Assembly: GCA_051746725.1 (NCBI GenBank)
Contig: JBNJFI010000034.1
Coordinates: 1 to 20,141 of the forward strand
DNA from: Fusobacteriota bacterium
GTDB lineage: Bacteria; Fusobacteriota; Fusobacteriia; Fusobacteriales; JBNJFI01
Direction: 5' to 3'
Length of the DNA stretch: 20,141 nucleotides
The notes under the pieces are model-generated. The model made no database searches. It was not told the origin of the DNA and saw nothing but the letters and a program-made list of their open reading frames with translations. The translations under genes and the position numbers were made by a program. Positions 9,918-17,384 of the stretch are shown in pieces. Positions within the stretch are counted from its first letter, which is position 1. Every line of letters starts with the position of its first letter.

Positions 9918-9966
9918 CTAAAAATAAAAGCATTTTAAATTATAATTCCTGAAAATCTAATTTTTT

Positions 9967-10753
9967 TTAATCTAAAGCCTTTTCTTCTATATAAGAATTA
10001 ATTATCTTATCAACCACTCCTTCTTTTTTTAGTTCATCAAAAGCTTTTTGTAATTTATTTATTATAATATCATCTGTCTTTAGATTTAAGGCAAAGTAAA
10101 CATAGCTTGGATCTGTTGCAATTGTATAAACTTTTTCATATTCATTTATATCATACCCGAAATCAGTTAGAATTTCCATTGCTACTTCTCCATAACCTAT
10201 TAGATCTATCCGTCCATATTCTAATTTTTTAAAATTTTGCTCTAAAGTTGCCACTGGTTGAATTTTTATATCTGGAACTCCCATATTTTCCAATCTCTCC
10301 TCAACCACATCTCCTCTTACAACTCCAATATTATAATTTTTCAAATCTTCTATATTCTTTATCTTTATATTGTTTTCTTTTTTTCCTATGACCTTCTACT
10401 CTTCCTGCCTCAACTATCGGTCCAACCCATTTAAATTTTTTCTCTCTATCCTTATTTCGTGTCGTTGAAAATAATAAAGTATTAGGTTGGTGTTTTGCCA
10501 TTTCAAAACCTCGAGCCCATGGTAAAATTTCTATATTTTTTTGAGTCAATTTTGTATCCAGCCTTTTTAACATTTCTCCTAATATATCAGATGATATTCC
10601 CCTTGCCATTCCTTCATATTCAAAATTAAAGGGAGGGTAATTTTCAGTTATTAATCTTAATTCATTTATATTCCCAGTTTTATTACTAAAACCACAATTA
10701 AAAAGGCTAGTAATCAAAACTATATAAAATACAACTTTTTTATTTCTTTTCAT
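9967..10753 (-). pseudogene. Family-3 (amino-acid type) extracytoplasmic solute-binding protein, split by a 1-nt frameshift
   Basis: 5' ORF: signal peptide, TENYPPFNF, LPWARG, FSTTR, FKWVGP. The 3' frame continues VIGKKENNIKIKNIEDLKNYNIGVVRGD...LQKAFDELKKEG. Removing one base near 10390-10395 gives a 261-aa protein. Strong RBS AGGAGGT at 10761-10767. Could be a sequencing error. Confidence 0.8.
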
Positions 10754-10771
10754 TTGACTTACCTCCTTTTT

Positions 10772-10975
10772 ATATACTGCTCACACCTGGACAACGCCAT
10801 TTGCCCTTACGTAAAACTAACAACATTCTAAAGCAATTCACAGGCGTAAATGCGAAGAACTTTCGCCTGCGTTATACCAGTCAAATTAGATTAAATTTGT
10901 TAATGATTTGGATAAGATCATAGCTTTACATAGTCTTACAACTACCTTATAAAACCAGGGTAAGTACAAGTATAT
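10772..10975 (-). ncRNA. Candidate structured RNA (cis-regulatory leader or sRNA), family unrecognised
   Basis: Nested helices: CUUAC-CCUGG/CCAGG-U-GUGAG, UGUAAGACUA/UAGUUUUACG, UAAAGC/GCUUUA, plus three apical hairpins. Four G-U pairs work only on the minus strand. About 37% GC by hand count versus about 18% in the 9681-9840 spacer. Confidence 0.55.
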
Positions 10976-10997
10976 TATTTTTAAAAATTAATTTCAA
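10969..10997 (-). promoter_or_regulatory. Putative sigma-70/A promoter at the 5' end of the candidate RNA
   Basis: Minus strand TTGAAA (10997-10992, overlapping the kinase stop), 17-nt spacer, TATACT (10974-10969); predicted start about 10961-10963. Confidence 0.5.
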
Positions 10998-13213
10998 ACA
11001 GGAATAGATATTATGAACTTAACTCCTTCCCCTTTTTTGCTAAGAACTTCAACTTCTCCATCAAGCTTATGGTTTACTAGGTTATATAATATATGCATTC
11101 CAAGTCCACTTCCACCTTCTCCTCTTTTCGTTGTAAAGAACGGTTCAAAAATTTTATCTGTATCTTCTTCTTCGATCCCTTTTCCATTATCTGTATATAT
11201 TATTTTTATCTTATTTCCTTTTTTCTTTCGAATCTCTTCTATTTTAATTTCTATCTTTCCACCTTTTTTATTTTCAAAACCATGTATTATTGAATTCATT
11301 ATTAGATTTGAAATAATTTGTGAAAAGACACCTGGATAGCTATTAAGTGTCACATCATCACCTATCACATCTACAGTATGACTTTTTTGTTTTAACTCAT
11401 GGTATAAACTTGAAACAACATCTTCTATGTAGTCTTTTATTTTAAATTCTCTTTTAACTTCACTTGTCTGATCTATAGCCACTTTTTTGAAATTTTTAAT
11501 TTGATTTGATGCTTTATTTAGATTTTTCAAAATAATTTCAGAAGAATCCAAAGCATTTTTTAAGTATTCCTCAAAATCATCCTGTGTCATCTCCTCATCA
11601 TCGTATTTTTTCTTTATTTTATTAGTTTCGTCTTTTAAATATGAGGCAGCACTAACCCCCACACCGACTGGGGTGTTTACTTCATGAGCAACTCCAGCTA
11701 CCAAGCCTCCTAAAGAAGCCATTTTTTCTGTTTCTATTAATTTTTTTTGAGTTTTCTTTAATTTTTCTAGAGATTCATTTAAATCTTTATTAACCTTAGC
11801 AAGTTCTACAGTTCTTCCCTGTACACGTCTTTCTAACGCCTTTTTCTGACCAGCTAACTGTTTATATAAATTACTCATTTGACTCAACATAATATTTATA
11901 GCTTTTGTAAGATCTCCTATTTCATCATCTGCATCTATCACCTCTATTTTTTTATCAAAATTATCGTGTTTTATATCTTTCATTTCACTTTCTAGATAAT
12001 TTAAAGGTTTAATTACAGATTTTGACATTACAAAGTAAAATATTATATATAATATCAATAAATTAAATAATACTAATCCAAAAATTCCTATATTAACATT
12101 TTTTAGAGTTTCTACATTTTCAATTAATCTTATTTCTATATTACTGAAATTTTTTATCATTTGGGTTTTCTGTTGATTAGAAGTCTTTCCTATCAAACTT
12201 TCTATTTTTTTTATTTCATGATTGAAAATACTATTTAATATTTGAAGAGCATTTTTTCTAAAAGTTCCTATCTCTAATTCCTTTTCTTCCATTTTATTTA
12301 TCAACTCTGACATCTCATTTTGAACTTCAGTTATATCATTATTTAAATTATTTATCTTTTCTAACTTTTTCTTAAATGCATCTATCGTTTGATCCAATAA
12401 ATTTCTATCTATATCTTCTACTTTTGTAAACGAATAAAATAATGGTAGATTCTTTTCTATTAGATCCAATTCCTTTTCAACAACATCTTTATATTCACTA
12501 AATCTTATATGATCCATATATATTTGTTGATTATATAATTTCAACTTTCTATAATTAGGAAAATTTTCCAAAATATATTCTAAATTACTCTCCCATATTT
12601 TTTCTATTCCCAGAATAGATAAATTATTCATATTATTTTTATTTAAAAGATCTATATCTTTTTTGGGGGTATCACCTTTATACTTTTCAATAATTTTCTC
12701 ATAAAATGAATTGTTTTGGTTTATATTTAGTTTCATCTTTTCTTTTAATTCTCTTTCTTCCAATCGCAATTTTTCTATATTCAATTTATAAGATGTATTA
12801 GAACTGGCTTTCTTTAAATCCAATTCCTCCTGTTTTAGTCGAAATACATTTTGAATTTTACTATCAATACCGAAAATCAGCCCTACTAAATTATCCTCAT
12901 ATGTAAATTCAACTGCTAAGTTTTGTATTTCATTCAAATTCTTTTTATATTCTAGTTTTACTTCTTCAAATCTATCCATATTATCTATATATCCTAAAAT
13001 TAATATATTTGATAAAATCGAATTATATAATTCATTTAATTTTAAAACATTGGAATATTTTTCAAAATTATCCTTGCTTTTTTCTATTCCAGTCTCCACT
13101 CCTTGTTTTGATTTTTCAATATGAATTCTAGAATAATTAGAAATCATTATTATTCCTATCCCTATCATTGATAATGTTATAAATGCATATCTTATTTTAT
13201 TAGATATCTTCAT
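10994..13213 (-). CDS. Membrane sensor histidine kinase (TM, large extracytoplasmic domain, TM, HAMP, HisKA, HATPase)
   Basis: H-box VAGVAHEVNTP, N-box NLIMNSIIHG, DNGKGI, IFEPFFTTK, GSGLG; HAMP (IKPL...DEIGDL). ATG 13213 preferred over TTG 13219 from RBS spacing (GAGGGA 13220-13225). Confidence 0.93.
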   Translation of the reverse strand: MKISNKIRYAFITLSMIGIGIIMISNYSRIHIEKSKQGVETGIEKSKDNFEKYSNVLKLNELYNSILSNILILGYIDNMDRFEEVKLEYKKNLNEIQNLAVEFTYEDNLVGLIFGIDSKIQNVFRLKQEELDLKKASSNTSYKLNIEKLRLEERELKEKMKLNINQNNSFYEKIIEKYKGDTPKKDIDLLNKNNMNNLSILGIEKIWESNLEYILENFPNYRKLKLYNQQIYMDHIRFSEYKDVVEKELDLIEKNLPLFYSFTKVEDIDRNLLDQTIDAFKKKLEKINNLNNDITEVQNEMSELINKMEEKELEIGTFRKNALQILNSIFNHEIKKIESLIGKTSNQQKTQMIKNFSNIEIRLIENVETLKNVNIGIFGLVLFNLLILYIIFYFVMSKSVIKPLNYLESEMKDIKHDNFDKKIEVIDADDEIGDLTKAINIMLSQMSNLYKQLAGQKKALERRVQGRTVELAKVNKDLNESLEKLKKTQKKLIETEKMASLGGLVAGVAHEVNTPVGVGVSAASYLKDETNKIKKKYDDEEMTQDDFEEYLKNALDSSEIILKNLNKASNQIKNFKKVAIDQTSEVKREFKIKDYIEDVVSSLYHELKQKSHTVDVIGDDVTLNSYPGVFSQIISNLIMNSIIHGFENKKGGKIEIKIEEIRKKKGNKIKIIYTDNGKGIEEEDTDKIFEPFFTTKRGEGGSGLGMHILYNLVNHKLDGEVEVLSKKGEGVKFIISIPV

Positions 13214-13215
13214 AA

Positions 13216-14226
13216 TCAATCCCTCTTTTCAGAATTATGCTTTCCTATTTTTTCATTCCATATTTTCAACAATCTCTCTTTATTTTCTACATCCCATTTC
13301 AAATCTTGATTCACTGTTTCTATATTAGAAAAGGTGTATTTTGATCCATTATCTTGATTCATGAATTGAGATAGTGATATTACATTTAATTCTTTGACCA
13401 TTAGATTTTGAGCTTTTTTAGTTATTAGCCAGTTATATAACTTTTTTGCATTCTCTGTATTTTTTCCCCCTTTTAAAATTGACATGGAAGCTATTTCATA
13501 ACCAGTTCCCTCTTCTGGAAAAGTAATTTCTATATTTCCTCCCTCTTCTATTCTTTTCAAATAATCATGAAGATACCCAATAGAAGTAATGACCTTTCCT
13601 TTGGCACAATCTTTTCCTGGTTTACTCCCTGAGCTTGTATAATAAGATATATTTTTGTCGATATTTTCTAAATACTCAAAAGTTTTTTCTTCATCACCTT
13701 TATTAATATCTAAAATCGTTGTAATAAAATTATATGCAGTTCCTGATTTATTAGGATTGGCCACACTTATATTATCTTTAAATTCATCTTTTAATAAATC
13801 TTTCCATCCATTGGGAATTTCGATATTTTTTTTATCAGCTAAATTTCTATTAGTCCCAATTACAAGAGGCCCAATATATAATCCAATCCAATATCCTTCT
13901 TCATCTTGAAATCGAGCAGGTATATTTTTTGCAAAAAAGGGATTATATTTCAAAGATAAATTATTATTTTTAAGCTCAATATGACCTAAACCTACTCCTC
14001 CTACCCATATAGAGGCCCACGGATTTTCTTTTTCATTTTTTATTATATCTACAGTCTCATTGGTTGAATATCTTCTCCATTCTACATCTAAATTTGACTG
14101 TTCTTCAAATTCTGTAAATAATTTTTTAGCTAAACTAGGTGCCAAGCTTGTATAAATATTTAAATCAGATCCCAATAGACTAAATCCATTTATAATCATT
14201 ATCAAACTTATTAAATATTTTTTCAT
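13216..14226 (-). CDS. Extracytoplasmic solute-binding protein of the AfuA/FbpA-like cluster
   Basis: 336 aa, signal peptide without a lipobox; ANPNKSGTAY, IGYLHD and PEEGTGYEI motifs typical of AfuA-type binding proteins; RBS GGAGGT at 14231-14236. Confidence 0.8.
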   Translation of the reverse strand: MKKYLISLIMIINGFSLLGSDLNIYTSLAPSLAKKLFTEFEEQSNLDVEWRRYSTNETVDIIKNEKENPWASIWVGGVGLGHIELKNNNLSLKYNPFFAKNIPARFQDEEGYWIGLYIGPLVIGTNRNLADKKNIEIPNGWKDLLKDEFKDNISVANPNKSGTAYNFITTILDINKGDEEKTFEYLENIDKNISYYTSSGSKPGKDCAKGKVITSIGYLHDYLKRIEEGGNIEITFPEEGTGYEIASMSILKGGKNTENAKKLYNWLITKKAQNLMVKELNVISLSQFMNQDNGSKYTFSNIETVNQDLKWDVENKERLLKIWNEKIGKHNSEKRD

Positions 14227-14255
14227 TATAACCTCCTAATTTTATCATTTTTTAT

Positions 14256-15811
14256 TTACCCTTTATCTTCTGAATATTCTTCTTTTATTTTTAATATTTC
14301 ATCAATATTTTCCAAAAAAGCCTTTACCACTTCTGGATCAAACTGTGAACCACTCTCTTTTTTGATTAGATCTATTGCATCGCTGACATCCCAGGCTTCT
14401 TTATAAACTCTTTTATGAGTTAAAGCATCAAAGACATCTGCCACTGCAACAATTCTTCCAAATATATGAATTCCCTTTCCTTTTAGACCATCTGGATATC
14501 CAGTTCCATCCCATTTTTCATGATGTTGTTTAGCGATGATTGCTGCTGCTTTTAATATCTCATGATTAGAGGATTTAAAAATTTTCTCACCAATAACAGT
14601 ATGTTTTTTTATAACTTCAAACTCAACTTTGGTTAATCTTCTCGGTTTTTTTAATATTGCATCTGGAATCCCAATCTTTCCTATATCATGCATAGGAGCT
14701 ACTGATTGCAATAAGTCTTGTTTTTTTTGCTCTAAATTTAAATTTTTAGCCAATATTTTAGAATACTTGGCAACTCTTCGAACATGATTTGCAGTATCTT
14801 TTGATCTAGTTTCAACCACTTCACCTAATTTTAATATTATCTCTTTTTGAGTATCTATTATTTCCTGTTTCAATGAAATGTTTTCAAATGCAGAACTTAA
14901 CTGTTTTGAAAAAACTTCCAATAAATTTTTATCAATTTCAGTTAAATCATTATCAGTTTTTGTATATAATATATTTTCTGTTCCTTGACTTGATTTAAAA
15001 TACCCTATAAATTCTCCATTATTTATATAGCTATTTCTTTCATTGTAAGCATTTTTTATTTTTTCATATGTTTCCTTTGATACATTTGGCTTTAAATAAT
15101 CGTTAATATGGTCCGCATATTTAGAAGTGGCGGCAATTATTCTAAACCCCTCTTCTTCTTTTACCAATGCAAATCCTGAAGTAGTTAGATATATAAAATT
15201 ATCTTCTACATTTAAAAGAGAAGTTAATTGTTCTAGAGCTTCATCTGTAAATTTCTCCATTGAGTTTGGTTCTAAAAATAGTGTAGAAGAAGCTTTTATA
15301 ATTTTTTCCAATCCATGTTTACTTTTATTAATGAGATAAATATCTCGATAAGATCGAAGTGATTGGATTAAAGACATATATAATTTATTAGCAGTTAATT
15401 CCGTTTTCTCTTTATAATCATTTATTTCATAATTATCAATAACATCTTTTCCTGGAGCTTGCCCTGGTTGACCTGTTCTCAATATTATTTGTATACTCCT
15501 ATCTTTCAATTCTTCTCTAATAAATTTTACAACCTTTAGTCCAGAATCATCGTTTTCCATTACAACATCTAAAAATATTACTGCAATATTAGGAGTTTTT
15601 TTCAAAACTTCTTTGGTTTCTTTTTCTGAATAAGTATCAATAAATTCTAATTCAGCATTGTTGAATTCTACATTTTTCAAAATCATCTTAGTGACTTTAT
15701 GAACCTGTTCTTCATCGTCAGCTATCAAAACTTTCCATTTATCTAACTTTTTTGGAACTTTTGATTTCTTTTCATTTTTTTCTTCTTTTTAAATATAAAA
15801 TTCTTCCCCAT
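14256..15811 (-). CDS. Response regulator with REC, DUF3369-like middle region and HD-GYP phosphodiesterase (RpfG-like); 1-nt frameshift near the 5' end
   Basis: WKVLIADDE, LDVVME and LRTGQPG in REC; HDIGKIG, HHEKWDGTGYP and DVFDALTHKRVYK in HD-GYP. RBS AGGGAGG (15819-15825) and ATG 15811 are one base out of frame with the main ORF, which is open from 15788 to 14256. Confidence 0.88.
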
Positions 15812-15885
15812 ATTAATTCCTCCCTAAAAAGAAATATTTATATATAATTCTTTTATCTTTCCAATCTATAACTTATCTATATTTA

Positions 15886-15914
15886 AATATACCTTATTAT
15901 TTATACAATATCAA
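15886..15914 (-). promoter_or_regulatory. Possible sigma-70/A promoter of the signalling operon
   Basis: Minus strand TTGATA (15914-15909), 17-nt spacer, TATATT (15891-15886). The AT-rich context limits specificity. Confidence 0.35.
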
Positions 15915-15939
15915 GTTTTTTATCTTTTTCTTATATACC

Positions 15940-15977
15940 AAAAAAGCCACATGATAATTGAATTATCATGCGGCTTT
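15940..15977 (-). terminator. Intrinsic terminator after htrA
   Basis: Minus strand AAAGCCGCAUGAUAAUUCAAUUAUCAUGUGGCUUUUUU: long stem with one G-U pair and a U6 tail, immediately after the stop codon. Confidence 0.85.
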
Positions 15978-15980
15978 AAA

Positions 15981-17327
15981 TTATTCTTTTTCCAAAATAA
16001 TGTATCTGCTTGAGTTTTGTCCTATTATATATAATAATATATCTTCTCCTGAATCAATTGAACTATATATCTCTCTAAATTCTTCTATATTCCTTACTCT
16101 TCTATTATTTACTTCAAAAATTATATCCCCAGGTTGTATACCTTTTTGAGCAACTTCAGACTGATTATCTATACCTGTTATAGCAACTCCCTCTAGATCT
16201 TTTCTATAACCAAATTTTTCATTCAAAGTTTCATCTAAGGTTGCAAGCTCCATTCCTAAAATCTTATTCCCTGAAGCAAAATCATCTTTTTTGCCCAATC
16301 TAACTTCTACATTTTCTTCTTTACCATCTCTTAATATTTTTATATTAACTTTAGATCCAGGTAAATTTGTAGATATTACAGCACTTAATTTATAAAAATT
16401 ATCTATTTTTTCTCCGTCTATTTCTAATATTATATCACCTTTTTTGAGACCATATTTCTCTGCTGGAGTATCTTCTAATACTTTAGAAACTAAAACCCCT
16501 GTAGTTCTATTTTCCAATCCAAATTTTTCTGCCATCTTCCGTGTTAAAGGTTGTACAGAAACCCCAAGCCAAGCTCGTTTTACTTCTCCTGTTTTTATAA
16601 GAGAATCCTTTATTACTTTTATCATGTTTATAGGAATCGCAAATCCAATACCTACATTTCCACCGCTTTTAGATAAGATTGCAGTATTCATCCCTACTAC
16701 TTCTCCATTTAAGTTAACAAGCGGTCCTCCACTATTTCCTGGATTAATTGAGGCATCAGTTTGAATAAAATTTTCATAGTTTTCAATTCCCATTCCACTT
16801 CTGCCCTTTGCACTTATTATTCCAACTGTTACCGTACTAGTAAGTCCATATGGATTCCCAAAGGCTATCCCCCAATGTCCTACCTTTAATTCATCTGAAT
16901 CACCAAATTTTAAATATTTAAAATCATTTTTATCACTGTCAATTTTTAAAACGGCTACATCTGTATCTGAATCAGTTCCAACTACAGATGCATCATATTC
17001 TGATCCATCAGAAAATTTAACTTCTATTTTATCTGCTCCAGAAATAACATGATCATTTGTTAGTAAATAACCATCTTCTGAAATTAAAAAACCTGATCCC
17101 AGAGAAGTAGCTTCTCTTTCATAACTTTTTGGAGTTCTTCTGTTATTAAAAAACTCCTCAAATGGATCGTAATATTGCTGTTTTATCGTTTTTGTAGTTC
17201 TTATATTTACAACTGCTGGTTTTACTTTTTCTGCAACCTTTGCAAATTCCTCTTGGGTCTCCCATAAATCACCAAAACTCATTAAAGACATTGTTATAGT
17301 AAAAATTATTAAATATGCTTTTTTCAT
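15981..17327 (-). CDS. htrA: DegP/DegQ-type periplasmic serine protease (trypsin domain plus two PDZ domains)
   Basis: 448 aa, signal peptide, triad motifs TNDHV, DTDVAV and INPGNSGGPL, two PDZ domains; RBS AAGGAGGAG at 17331-17339. Confidence 0.93.
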   Translation of the reverse strand: MKKAYLIIFTITMSLMSFGDLWETQEEFAKVAEKVKPAVVNIRTTKTIKQQYYDPFEEFFNNRRTPKSYEREATSLGSGFLISEDGYLLTNDHVISGADKIEVKFSDGSEYDASVVGTDSDTDVAVLKIDSDKNDFKYLKFGDSDELKVGHWGIAFGNPYGLTSTVTVGIISAKGRSGMGIENYENFIQTDASINPGNSGGPLVNLNGEVVGMNTAILSKSGGNVGIGFAIPINMIKVIKDSLIKTGEVKRAWLGVSVQPLTRKMAEKFGLENRTTGVLVSKVLEDTPAEKYGLKKGDIILEIDGEKIDNFYKLSAVISTNLPGSKVNIKILRDGKEENVEVRLGKKDDFASGNKILGMELATLDETLNEKFGYRKDLEGVAITGIDNQSEVAQKGIQPGDIIFEVNNRRVRNIEEFREIYSSIDSGEDILLYIIGQNSSRYIILEKE

Positions 17328-17384
17328 AATCTCCTCCTTAATTTATTATATACTAGCTAATTTCAAAACTTCAAATTTTGTATT

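Noticed and set aside
10770..10826. 18-aa minus-strand ORF MLLVLRKGKWRCPGVSSI ending just before the binding-protein RBS
   Set aside because: No RBS and no run of regulatory codons; its 5' part overlaps predicted helices, so a leader peptide is unsupported.
10795..10882. Fragments resembling known riboswitches: GGGCAAA (c-di-GMP-I) and UGACUGG...CGCCUG (ZTP/pfl)
   Set aside because: The other required elements are missing or out of order: no GAAA-capped stem and GACGCAAAGC after GGGCAAA, and no CGCCUGGGC 3' hairpin.
17345..17374. Possible internal htrA promoter TTGAAG-18 nt-TATAAT on the minus strand
   Set aside because: The spacer is suboptimal and the start would fall within the RBS; not excluded, but too weak to list as a feature.
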